DNA of 64,000 nucleotides from Eledone cirrhosa (taxonomy: Eukaryota). This document shows, piece by piece, positions 1 through 12,181 of the stretch. The number at the start of each line of letters is the position of its first letter. Position 1 is the stretch's first letter. The notes below the pieces were generated by a model. The model was not told where the DNA came from and made no database searches. It saw only the letters and a program-made list of their open reading frames with translations. The translations under genes were made by a program, and so were the position numbers. Where the stretch lies: assembly GCA_964016885.1 (NCBI GenBank), contig OZ024742.1:308574001-308638000 (forward strand). Reading direction: 5' to 3'.

Positions 1-195
1 TTTCATTGGGTTCGAATTGCTACGTTGAACACTTCTCATTGGCAGTTGTTGTGCAAAGATCAATAGTAAACATATTTTCCCTAAGATATACTCTGTGGAA
101 AATATGTTTGATCAGTACTAACATACATAAATGATATATATATATATATAAACAAAATTAGTTTCGCTCTAACATAGCGGATGCGTAAATACTTT

Positions 196-464
196 CGTGA
201 GTTTATATCGAATAAAAATAATATTCGATTCGTTTCCAAGCAAACAGCCCCATTACACTATGTACTTTAGACGACCATCGTCCTCTTTTTGTTCAAGTGA
301 TGACAAAGAGAAAGTATCATAATTTTTTTCTCTCTGCCACAGCTAGAACAAAAGGATGTTGATGGTTGTCTGAAATACATACATAATGTGGCTGTTTGCT
401 TGCAAATTAATGGAATATTATTATTATTTGATAATAAAGAAACCATTATTTGATATAAAACTCA

Positions 465-467
<3 letters not shown>
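196..467. repeat. Diverged fold-back (inverted repeat, arms about 100 bp) between (TA)n tracts
   Basis: caagcaaacagcc..tagacgaccatc..ttttgttc (237-294) mirrors gaacaaaa..gatggttgtct..ggctgtttgcttg (346-402). Confidence 0.6.
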
Positions 468-513
<46 letters not shown>

Positions 514-520
514 CCATACA

Positions 521-965
521 TAATTAGGAAGTGAACAACACAAAATATAACTACTCCATTACCAAAGGTTTCTGTATCACAGACGATAATAATATAGACG
601 TCTGGATCGGTCGTCTGATAGAGATGTTATAGATAAAAGATATGAAATGAAATTTAAAATCTGTTAAAAATTGGAAGGGAGGCTGGAAAAATAAGGGGAT
701 AAAAAAAAAATTTAAATATATAGCAATATAGAAAAAGACATTCAGATAAAAGGAAAATCTATGTATATATATCTATATGTATACATACATGCAAACACAC
801 ACATATATATATATACACACAAACATACATGTTCACGTGCATACACATATACATTTGCATATTTATAGATACACACACACATATAAAAACATATACAGAC
901 ATATACAAATACATTTAAACACTCACGTATATCACATACACACACATATATATATATATATAATA
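521..965 (-). mobile_element. PLE terminal-repeat copy, inverted partner of 4425-4884
   Basis: Reverse complement of 4425-4884. Carries a hammerhead at 554-623 with the core mutated to CAGACGA. Confidence 0.75.
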
Positions 966-1084
966 TCATTGATATTATACTCCAGAAAATCTTGTAGAGT
1001 GCTTTGAATCTGTTATAAATAACTTTGTTGAATAACCAACAAATTAAATATCCCTTTGCTTATATATATATTTGTTTTTTTTTA

Positions 1085-1212
1085 ATAATTGTTTCTACTT
1101 TAGGCACAAGGCCAGCAATTATCAGTGCATTACTGGTACTTTATTTTATCGACCCCGTAAGGATGAAAGGCAAAGTCAACCTCGGCGGGATTTGAACTCA
1201 GATCGTAAAGTT
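1085..1212 (-). mobile_element. Octopus OK-like tRNA-derived SINE, 3' part
   Basis: Reverse complement of the consensus seen at 61877-62060. Confidence 0.85.
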
Positions 1213-1624
1213 TGATCATTGTTTGTTTTTAATAATAAATGTGGTAGATGGTTCCGAAGAGAAAGCAAAGGAAAAAACAAGTGCTCTAATGTATAGAAGA
1301 GACCATTAAAAATATAATAAATATATATAAATATATAAATATATTTTGTTGTTGGAAGAATGTGATGAAGGCAAAGGAAAAACGAGTGCTCTATGTATAG
1401 AACAGAGCTGTAAAAAATATTTTGTTGTTGAAAGTATGTGATAAAGGCCCAAGGTGGCAAAATAAGAGAGAATGTTCACGTAAAGATGAAGTCAAGAAGT
1501 GAATAATATGTAAAATAAGCGTGAAATAAAGGAAAATATAATAAGAGGGATTGTAAAATATAATAAGAGGGAAAATATAATAAGGGAAAAAGGAAGAAAT
1601 GAATAAAATAGGTGTAAGTATAAG

Positions 1625-1856
1625 TGTCATGCCCACATAACGTTCTCCGGTGGAAGGTTGGTTGGTATGAGTTGGTCTTATAATTGCCTCATATACAACG
1701 GATTTGACGTTGTATTTGCCTTGCAAAGGATATTCACCTGCGTTTCTGCATGAACATCCTGGGGTTCCTCTGTCAGTTTCTACGGTGGTAATTTTCGATT
1801 TTATGGAAGGACTGCAAGAATAGCTGATCTTTGCACAGTTTCTGTTTAAAATGTTG
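1625..1856 (-). pseudogene. Inverted GIY-YIG endonuclease/linker fragment of a Naiad/Chlamys-type PLE
   Basis: Manual translation NILNRNCAKISYSCSPSIKSKI..GCSCRNAGEYPLQGKYNVKSVVYEAII..ERYVGMT matches the ISYSC..CxCR..CPLxGKC..VVY..YVG pattern of this clade. Confidence 0.8.
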
Positions 1857-1884
1857 TTACGTTTATGTTATTGATTTATATGAA

Positions 1885-2745
1885 ATGGATTACTCTATTA
1901 AAAACACCCCAACACCCTCTAATGCTTCTTATACCAAAGTGTTAAATGAGGAAGTCGAGAATGTAGTACAAAGAATGAGATGTAATGCAATGGTTTTTGA
2001 CGGACAATTCGGTTTAAATTCCAAGGAATACTTTGACATCAAGACATACAAATACCCACCAAGTGGTAAGGATATGGTCTCTTTGAATCCGACTTAGTTA
2101 ATATGATTAACCAACTAAAATTTTGTAAGTACAATAATAATTTTCAAACTAAACTTGCTAATGACATCTCTAATATTATATCTGCTAATAATAAGTTCGT
2201 TTTTTTTCGGATGAGACTAAAAACTTGTATGAAGTAAATAACGATTTATATAACCAACCTTTAACAGATTGCATCACTACCAAATATCAAAAAGCCAAAA
2301 ATAACACTCTTAATAATATAAATATTGAAGCTAAAGACATTGCAAGTAAATAAAAAATCGATAATAGAACTGAAAGCCTAGCTAAATGTATAGCCTATAT
2401 TACACTGAAAGACTACAAAATAGATTTCAATAACAGACCAAGATTTAGACTCATTAACCCTGATAAATCAGAAATCGGTCTAGTCAGTAAAAAAATATTA
2501 AGAAATATAATATTAAAAATAAGAAGTAAAACAGAACTTAATCAATGGCTTAATACTTCTTCAGTAGTTTCATATTATACCCGATAAAAATAGATCTACA
2601 TTCACTCAATTCGATATAATAGACTTCTATCCCTCTATTACTCAATCTTTATTAGCCAAAGCATTAGATTTCGCTAAAAGTTACTCTAATATATCCGATT
2701 TAGAAGAAGAAGTAATTTTACATGCCTAGACAACTCTACTTTTTA
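1885..2745 (+). pseudogene. Decayed Naiad/Chlamys-type PLE reverse transcriptase (N-terminus to RT motif A)
   Basis: MDYSIKNTPTPS..VQRMRCNA N-terminus; later AYITLKDYK..FNNRPRFRLINPDKSEIGLVSKKIL and FTQFDIIDFYPSI..KALDFAK. Multiple stops and frameshifts. Confidence 0.85.
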
Positions 2746-3623
2746 CCATAAAGGTTCTCTAAAATTTTAATTCTTTGAAGGGTCTTTCGGAAGAGGTTTT
2801 TATTAAAAATATTAAAGGGGCCTTTTCTGAGAGATTTTTTGAAGGCTTTTTGAATTAACCTTTAATTGATTAATTTCTTTCAACTATTTATTTCTTAATT
2901 TTTGAAATTAAATTTAATGTTCAACCTCTTAATCTTTAATTTTTAATCTTGGATATATAAGATTGCTTAATCTTAAATTCATAACATTTTTTAATTTCTG
3001 GGTTTGGAACTCTTAAAATTCAAATCCTAACTTAAAACTTAATCTTTATATTATGGACTCCCTAAATCATTAACTTTATTAACCTCTTAAATCTTATTGA
3101 AAGTTCTTTTCCCTAATTTTTAATTTTTAATTTTTGAGTTTAGAACTTTCGTGGGGATTATTAAATCTTCGTAAATTTTCTAAAATCTTTTAAGGGGATC
3201 TCTTAGAAAAAATTTTTTTTCTTTTGAAGGAATTTTTTAGGAAACTTTTTATTTTTATTTTTTTTTTTTTATTCTCTTAATCTCTTCTGGTTAGTTAAGT
3301 TTATTGGGGCTTATAAGCTTTATGCGCTTATTGAGGGATTGTTTAAGGTGCTTTTACGAGATCCCAAGTCTTTTACTTTTAATGCGTAACTTATAAATTC
3401 TTTAATTTTTAACCTTCAATCCCTAACTCTTAGGCCCTTTTCAAATTCTCTTAACTCCCTATAACCCATCCCTTTTACAACTCCTACAACTAATATAAAA
3501 GAGCCCCCTTAGAATATAGACCCCAAATATACAAGCTGAGCTGTTGATGTATACCACTATTTCAAACTGCTAATCTTGAGTGAAACGTTGATGTAAATAA
3601 TGAACTTACAATCACCTGTTATA

Positions 3624-3670
3624 TGCCTTGAAAAGTGCCACCATATGGTCGGACGAAACGGCTGTCGGCA
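3624..3670 (+). ncRNA. Minimal type I hammerhead ribozyme (U3-A8 core variant) at the PLE 3' end
   Basis: tgcc TTGAAAA gtgccaccatatggtcggac GAAAC ggct GTC ggca; stem I tgcc/ggca. Confidence 0.7.
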
Positions 3671-3736
3671 ATAAACTTGTTATAATGTCATAATAGTTCC
3701 TTTGTTCTTTTTCATTAATATATATATAATATATAA

Positions 3737-4007
3737 GATCAAAAGATGGTTAAAAGAGTTCCATGTATTTTATTATGCGCATTTCAAAAACAAATATCGT
3801 CATGCAATAACATTTGCGTTTTCGTCAGATAAAATAGGGAGACATGATATGAAGGTTAAAACACACTTGTGAATAGTGCAGTTTTAAATCAACATATCAT
3901 GTCTCCCTATTTTATCTGACGAAAACGCAAATGTTATTGCATGATGATATTTGTTTTTGAAATGCGCATAATAAAATACATGGAACTCTTTTAACCATCT
4001 TTTGATC
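3737..4007. mobile_element. 115-bp inverted repeat, each arm a hammerhead (3766-3836 minus, 3908-3978 plus)
   Basis: Arms 3737-3851 and 3893-4007 near identical. tattttat CTGACGA [long stem II] GAAA TGCGCA TA ataaaata. Confidence 0.85.
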
Positions 4008-4102
4008 CTATATAGTATTTATACTCCAGTCCTACAAACTGTAGAGTGCTACTTATCCGATATCTGCATTGCTTTATTATACTACAATAAAACTCACCTC
4101 CT

Positions 4103-4148
<46 letters not shown>

Positions 4149-4424
4149 ACGGAAGGACCGGTCAAGTGGAGAGATGATGTGCTGAATAGGACCCGTCCCA
4201 CCCTTGCAAGCATATATATGTGTGTGTGTATGTATGTGTGTGGAGATATATATATAAGTTTATTCATATAATTGTTGCGTGCAATTGTATATATGTATTT
4301 ATGTGTGTGGTTATCTGCGTGTGTTCGTTTGTAATTTTGTATGCTCGTAGCTGCTTAACACTTCTACTGGTCAAATGTATCCATTTGTAGTTTTGCGTAT
4401 GTAACTGTATTCTGGTTTAACTTT

Positions 4425-4940
4425 ATGTGTGTGTGATGTCTCTGTATCATTTCTTATATATATATGTGTGTGTGAGTGTGTGTGTGTGTATCTATATATA
4501 TGCATATGTATACATGTATGTCCGTGTATGTTTATGTATATATATATGTGTGTGTTTGCATGTATGTATACATATATATATGTTTTCCTTTTATCTGAAT
4601 GTGTGTATGCGTGTGTGTATATGTATGTTCACATATTTTTTCTATACTGCTATATATTTTTTTTTTTTTTTTTTTTGCTATATATTTTTATTTTTTTATT
4701 TTTATCCCCTTATTTTTCCAGCCTCCCTTCCAATTTTTAACAGATTTTAATTTTCATTTCATATCTGTTATCTATAACATCTCTATCTGACGACCAATCC
4801 AGACGTCTGTATTATTATTGTCTGTGATACAGAAACCTTTGGTAATGGAGTAGTTATATTTTGTGTTGTTCACATTCTAATTAAATAGCTCTGTTCTATA
4901 CATAGAGCACACTTGTTTCCTTTGCTATTCCTTTGGAATT
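4425..4940 (+). mobile_element. PLE terminal-repeat copy with hammerhead at 4781-4850
   Basis: ctctat CTGACGA ... GAAAC CTTTG GTA atggag. 4885-4940 also matches the reverse complement of 1255-1300 and 1370-1410. Confidence 0.75.
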
Positions 4941-5129
4941 ACGTAAAACATATATATATATAACAATATATATAACAATATTTAATATACTAATATATTG
5001 AGTACTTTACTTGCTGTGGTTATCCCCGATTGAACCCGGCACATACACAAACACACGCGCGCGCATATATATATATACATATAGATATATATATATATAT
5101 ATACATATATGAATGTATATATACATTCA

Positions 5130-5161
<32 letters not shown>

Positions 5162-5167
5162 CATTCA

Positions 5168-5256
<89 letters not shown>

Positions 5257-5383
5257 ACATATATATGAATGTATATATAGTATATTTATCAATATACCGT
5301 ATGTTTAATTAAAAACATTTAGAAGACCAGTTTTAAAGTCCTGACTATGTCACTCACTTCTTTTCGGCGAAAGAAGGGAGAGA

Positions 5384-5425
5384 AGCTGACACCCTGTTTC
5401 ACACTGGTTGGCGTTCATCAGAACC
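5384..5425 (-). ncRNA. Minimal type I hammerhead ribozyme in a diverged relative of the 44.1-45.1 kb element
   Basis: ggtt CTGATGA acgc caacca gtgt GAAAC AGGGT GTC agct. Flank 5260-5380 aligns to 44160-44300. Confidence 0.8.
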
Positions 5426-5429
5426 ATGT

Positions 5430-5795
5430 ACTCAAATCCCGCCGAGGTTAACTTTGCCTCTCATCCTTACGGGGTCGATAAAATAAAGTACGAGTCACGC
5501 ACTGGAGTTGATTGAATCGACTTTCCCCGCCTCCCAAATTGCTGGCCTTGTGCCTATATGAGAAACCATTATTTATGTGTTATAACGCACCAGTAATCGA
5601 CTCCAGTGCATTACTGGTGTTTTGTGGCATAGAGTTACGGATCTTTACGTTCTGAGTTCAAATTCCGCTGAGGTTAACTTTGCCTCTCATCCTTACTGTG
5701 TCGATGAAATAAAGCACCAGTAATGCACCGGGTCGATTTAAACGACTTTCCCATCCCCAAATATTGCTGACTTGTGCCTATTGTAGAAATCTTTA
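5430..5795 (+). mobile_element. Two tandem 5'-truncated OK-like SINE copies
   Basis: Both carry gaggttaactttgcctctcatcctta..gtcgat..aaataaag and end in cttgtgccta..agaaa. Confidence 0.85.
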
Positions 5796-7087
5796 TTTGT
5801 GTGTTGTGATACTTTGTATGACAGGAAAATATACTTTGAAATTTTAGTCTTATCGTAGATTTTGCATTGAATATATGGATGTTTGCATATTTATAAAACT
5901 AAATTAATTATTCAACAGATAAGACCATAGATCGTATATTACAGAACATTCTGAGAAAGTTCTAAATATGATTACAACTGTATCTTGATTCAGTTTTGAT
6001 ATATTCCTGTAAACAGAGTTATGTTATTTATTTTTCTTTATTGGTTTTCTGCTTAGCTTGTGTTTTTGTTGTTTTTTTTAGTCTAGAAATGATATATTCA
6101 CTGTTTTCTAAACAATTCGGTATATATTCTATGGTAAACGTTTCTTTGATAAGGCTATTAGCACATATGTTAGAGTCGTACAAACTGTCAATAATGAAGA
6201 AGCCAAATTGATGAGGTATTTTAATACGTTTGGAGTCTGGCATGAATGTAAATGTCCATACCATCGTTGGTTGAATAATCCTGATTTGAAAAGAGTAAAT
6301 AAATAAAAGAAGAATGGTCATAAAAAAACACCTACAGAACTTAGCTTATGTCGTGCAGGGAAGAAATATCTACGCACGTTAAAGAAAACAAAATAGATAC
6401 ATGCGAAAAGGAGATTTCAAAGCTTGTTACGGCCCGTAAAATAAGTAAAAATAACATGAAGCAAACGTGTGTCAAATTCTCTCCAGAAATTTCACATGTA
6501 AAATGTTTCGTTGGCAATACTCTCAGTGTGAAAAAATGTATCTTCCCTCTCACATTTTTATAACTTTATAGTATGTTTATTACTTTCTTCTAAATATCAA
6601 ATGTATTCTTGTTTTAGGTATCGATCAAACAGAGTTATAGTATCTCAGTGGTATAAAAAGTATGAAAGGAAAAAATATTGCTTCACCTTTAGGTTATGAC
6701 CTGCCAATCGATCAGTTCTTTGCTTTCACTCGTTGAGCAACACATTTTTTATCCTTTTTTTTATACCGGTAAAATGAGAGAATACAAGGCAAAAACCTTG
6801 ATCTGGAACGGTTAAACTCAATATGTGAAATATCCACCATCATCCCTACTAGTAAAGAAGACAAAGGCGTACAAAAAAGGAAAAGAAAACGAATATTCCG
6901 GAGAGGGCATGATGTAATACAACCGTATGAATATTTAATTTTTAAACCATATTGTATAATATCTTACTTGTGATCTGTTGATCTGTGTGACTGAAATACA
7001 GAATAGAAATGGTAGTTTCTCTTATTTTACATCAACATGATATTATGTTCAGTAACAATGATGATAATAATAATTATTATTATTACC

Positions 7088-8063
7088 TGGAATGTTGCCA
7101 GGCACTCACTGCCCTCTACCAAGCGGGCAATGCGATCAGTGGAACTTCCACTCTAGAGTTCTATAGAGGATTAGTGGTTGGCAAGTGCGATGACGCACTC
7201 GGAGAAGCTTTGGGCCTCGACGAAGTCGAACTGACCAGTCTGTACCGGAGGACTTTTGAGTCGGGGACGATGGACAATTTCCAGAAATCCCTCGCTTGGC
7301 AGTGCTACCGGGGGCCACTGCCGGTTCGGGATAAACTCTACAGGCACGGAAGTGCTGTCAGAGGGACCTGCCCAAGATGCGCACAGAACGACAAAACCGT
7401 TCTGCACGCACTTGTCCAATGTCCGTGCATTACTGACTTGTGGAGTTATGTCGAACAGCTACTGTCGTGTGTGGAACGAATCCGGCTATCGGCCGAGTCC
7501 ATAGTGAAGATCGATCCACCACCTTCCTTAGGTCAGGAAGAGCAGGAAATTTTCCTCTGTCTGGTGGCAGTTGCGAAAGAGGTTATATGGTGGACCAGGT
7601 TAAAAGGACTGAAGACAGACACTTTTCTCTTCGGCCAATCCCTCATCAACTTCTTCAAGTTTCACCTGGAAAGGAGGGTGAGAGTGGAGAGAGAAGTGCT
7701 GCCCCCCAGTACATTTGCTAAGAGGTGGGTGAATGTGGCGATAATGGCTCGTGTGAATGGGCCTACTCTGACCATGCGCCTATAGGCTAGCTAACTTGAG
7801 GAGAGGGGTGCTCTCCCTGGGTGCCCTAGAAGCGCAGGGTGGTTCAGGATTGGTGGGGTACCCGAGTCACCCCAGGGTCATCCACCTCTATCGGGGAATT
7901 TATTTTGTTATATTTATGCATAGTTTATTTTATATTTTTATATTTTCATTGTTAAATTAGTCTTGCCATTGTGCACTTTTACTCGACCTTATTGTAAACC
8001 CCCACTGTCCCTGTCTTTGTATAGTCCCCTACATGTCGGCCCTTGTGGCTAATAAATGAAATC
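7088..8063 (+). mobile_element. 5'-truncated Tx1-type (L1 clade) LINE, ORF2 C-terminus plus 3' UTR
   Basis: ORF 7009..7785 aligns to the C-terminus of 8359..10125 (LAWQCYRG.LPVRDKLYRHG, CPRC..HALVQC). (ATT)n on both flanks. Confidence 0.9.
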
Positions 8064-8358
8064 ATTATTATTATTATTAATATTATTAATAATAATAATA
8101 ATATTAATGATTTCTTTATTAACCACAAGGGTTTACATAAAGTAGACATTAAGGACAGTGCAGGACAATACAGGACGGTACAAATGGGCATTTCTGCGTG
8201 TAAAAAACAAAAACAGAGGATGTAACACAAAATAACAATGAAAAATTCCCCAATAGGGGGGAGACTTCAGAGGGACATTTGTGGAGAAAGCCCAGTAAAA
8301 GGCCACAGTGACCCTGACCACCAAGGCAAGTGCGCTCTCCCAGTTTTCCACCTTTAAT

Positions 8359-11300
8359 TTACAGATATATACTCAGAGTAGGGCCATTCACTCGGGCTAT
8401 TCTTGCTTCTCTCACCCATCTTTCAACGAAATGCTGGGAAGAGAGCACTTCCCTCTCTACTCTGATTTTCCTTTTCAAATGAAAGTTGAAAAAGTCAATC
8501 AGAGCATCACCGAAGAGGTAAGTGCTCTTCTTCAGCCCTTTCAAACGTGTCCACCATACTATCTCTTTCGCCATGGCCACCAGACAGATAAAAACTGCCT
8601 GCCCTTCCCGGCTAAAGGAGGAGGGCGGGGCAATCCTCACGATGGACTCAGATGATAGCCGGATCCGTCCTAAACGCGACAGCAGGTGTTCGACATAAAA
8701 CCACAAGTCAGCAATTTTCGGACACTGGACGAGTGCGTGCAGGACGGTTTCGTCGCCCTGCGTGCATCTCGGACATGCCCGGCTGACGGCACCTCCATGC
8801 CTGTAGAGTTTATCCCGAACTGGCAAGGCTCCTCGGTAGCACTGCCAGGCCAGAGGTTTCAGGAAGTTATCCATAGGCCCTGGCCCGAAAGTTCTTCCGA
8901 AGAGATTGGCTAGTTGATTTTCGTCGACGCCTAGAGTTTCCCCAATTACGTCGACGCTCTTCCCCTCCACTAATCCTCTATAGAACGCTGAGGTGGAGTT
9001 TCCACCGATCACATTGCCCGATTGGTCGAGGGCTGTGACCGCCTGAAGACATTCCAGTCTCCAGGCGTTCCATCTCGGTCTTCGCTTGACCCAGGACTGC
9101 AGCTCCGTCAAGGAAACGAGCTGGGGAAATACGTGTCTAGCAAACGGCGACCACACCTGATCACCGTCGAGGAAGAGGTGGAGATGTCGTAGCCTGAGCG
9201 CGTGCCTGCGCATCATCAGCCACGGCATGCCCAGCCCTCCACGTAGCGGGTGTTGACAACAGATTGACCGCCTGACCATCGGAGCGCGTCCCTTCCACAA
9301 AAAGCGAAAGAGCAAACGCTCCAGCGCAGTCAGACGAGGCTTAGGACAAGGTACGACGGTCAGGCGGTAGCAGATGACAGACACGATGTATGCGTTAGCC
9401 ACCTCCGCTCGACCTTTCAGGGATAGCTTCCTCTCCGCCCATTTCTGGGTGAGAGAAGCCACCCTGCTCGTCACCTCGTCCCAGTTTTTGTCCGTCTGGA
9501 GGTCCGGACCGAACCAGACCCCTAGCAATTTAACCGGTCCGTCCGTCCAGCTTCCGACGACGCTGTTGGACGGCATGGACCTGCCTCTCCAGGTGCCGAG
9601 CTGCAGGCCCACTGACTTTTCCTGGTTGATCATTGCTCCTGTCACCGCTTCGTATTCTCTTAGTGTAGTGCCGATCGCCTCGATGTGTTTGGCGTTCGAC
9701 ACCACTACAGTGACATCGTCCGCATATGCTGACACGGATCTTCCGCATCCTAGTTCGCGCGGGATGCCCCTCAACGTCTCCAGTTTGCGCAGTAATGGCT
9801 CGAGAGTCAATACATACAAGAAGGACGAGAGGGGACATCCTTGGCGGACCGAGCGCATGATGTTGAACGGTTCCGACAGGTGACCGTTCACTCTCACCAC
9901 AGAGCAGATGTCGCTGTGCATGGCAGCGATCCAGCCTCTGAAGACGGGCCCAAAGCCAGCCGCCCTCAGGACTGCCGCTAGGTAACGATGGTCGACCCTA
10001 TCGAAACCTTTCGACTGATCTAAATTGATCAAGGACCGACCCGTGCCAGGTTCCCTAGCTACATCTCTACGATGTATCGTATGAGGTGGAGGTTGTCGTG
10101 GATGGATCTGTCGGGAATGGCGCATGTCTGCGCCTCTCCCACCAGACCACCAACGACAAGCGCCAACCTCTTTGCTAGCATCTTGGCCAAAATCTTGAAC
10201 TCTGTGTTTAGCAGAGTTATGGGCCGGAAATTATCTATGTTATCCCCCTTGTTCGAATCCTTTCTCAGCAGTGCCACCACTCCTCGGCTCACAGAACTGG
10301 GAATTCTCCTGTTCTGTTGCCAGTTGCAGTAGACGTCCGCCAAGAGGCCTCCGAACAAGTCTGGCATCTGTACGTAAAGTTCATAGGGCAGACCATCCAA
10401 ACCAGGCGATTTACCCCTTGTGCAGCCAGTCATTGCCTCCCTTACTTCAGCGGCTGTTATCGGCTTTTCGCAACACTTCGCCTCAGTGGCCGAGAGCCGC
10501 GGCAGTCCGTCGAGGTAGACACTAAAGTCCATCCCTCGACCCGGCCCACCGCTGCCCCCGAACAGCTGAGCGAAGTGTCGCTGAAAAGCTTCACACATTT
10601 GCCCGGGATCGAGTAGCATGCGCCCGTCGTGGTCCACCATAGACCGGATCGTGGTTTTGTTGCCACGACGCGCCTCCGCCACTCGGGCCCATTGAACGGC
10701 TTTCGTCCCCTCATGTCTGAGAGCACGCACCATTTCTCTGACAACGCAGCCTTCGTGCTTTGCATTGACGAATTGGTCAAGGGCCAATTTCGCCGCAAGC
10801 ACGTCGGTCGCAATGCCTTTGCTAAGAGCCTCGTCTAATTTTCTAACTAGTTCTCCCTCTGCTCTATTTTTCTCTATTGCTAAAGCCTTACTAAACCTAA
10901 TGGATTCTATTCTAATCGCTCTTTTCAGAGCAAACCACCACTTGTTGACGATGGCCCCCGTCAACGCCCGCTTAACTAGTTCGTTAATCCGGTCTCTGTA
11001 GGCCTTGCGCGCTGGTAAGGACGCGTTTAGATTCCAGTAGCCGGGTCCTCGTCTATGAAGCCTATCTAAGTCAAGCACACAGATCACGAATTTGTGGTCC
11101 GTGTAGCTGACTATCTTGAATTGTGGACAGCCTATGCTAGACCTATCTATTTCCCTACAAAATACTCTATCTAGATATGATCTGGATGACCCTATGCGAT
11201 TTGTCCAAGTCCACATTGGCACATTCGGGAAATCCAATCGGTACCCGTCAGACAGTTCAAAACGCCTGAGCAGGTTGGTGAGGCTCTTGCACCCTCCACC

Positions 11301-11774
11301 CCTATCCGCTAATCCCACACAGTACCAGCGTGCATCTAAGATCCCGTTCCAGTCGCCCACTAACACTAAAGAGCGGGACGTTCCAAGAAAGGTCTCCAGA
11401 CGCCGGAAGAAATCAGGCCGCCCTGCTCCTGTCGGGGCATAGACGGCCACTAGCCTGAAAGCTTGCCCGTCTCCGCTGGTCACGTCCAGCACCACCAACT
11501 TACCCTCTGGGTCCAGGAAGATGGCCCGTATGGCGAGATCCAAACCTCTCCGAAAAAGCACAGCTACTCCTCCCTCCGATCCAGGACGGCTGGGAGATGC
11601 GTACACATCGTAGCCGCCGAAGATCGGTGCGAAGGCCCGTGCTTCGGAGATTCTGGTCTCGCTGATGGCCACTACATCTATGTTTAGTGACCTGAGGTCG
11701 TTGAGCAGGTGACCCTGCTTCCATGACGACCCCAAGCCACGCGCATTTATGCTGCCTATTCTGAGTGAGGTCAT
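8359..11774 (-). pseudogene. Tx1 ORF2: AP endonuclease, reverse transcriptase, C-terminal zinc finger; one frameshift near 10060
   Basis: SINARGL, ISET, VYAP, GDWN, YLDR, TDH (APE); KSPGLDG, FRPITLLN, LDQSKGFDRV, VRQGCPLS, YADD (RT); CPRC..HALVQC. Confidence 0.93.
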
Positions 11775-12181
11775 GTTTAAAATAGAGTGGAAAAGATGGG
11801 AAAGACCACTTACCGTACTTTTCGCAGAGGAAGGATGGTTTTCCATCCCTTTTCACTTGATCGTCTGGTGAAGGGACCGTTGAATCGTCCCTTCGGCTGG
11901 TTATCGGCTCTTCTATGAGTATGTCCGAATATACTCTCCGGTTGAGAGTCCCTCCTAGGTCACTGAAATCACCAACTGCGTTGGGGAATTTCGTTTTAAT
12001 GTTTGTGTATTGTTTCTGTGCTATTTTTAGCAGTCTTATCTTAGTTGGCGTTTTGATTGGTGCTGGTATTATGTAGTCGTGCTGTGAAATGTCTGTGTGT
12101 TCAATTATGTAAGTCATTAGTTTCTTGTTGTGTGTATTTATTGCCGTGCATTTGTTTTTCTGGGTGTGGGGTGTGGTTCTG

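Noticed and set aside
9374-11442. Antisense ORFs over the Tx1 ORF2
   Set aside because: Shadow ORFs of GC-rich coding sequence, with no motifs.
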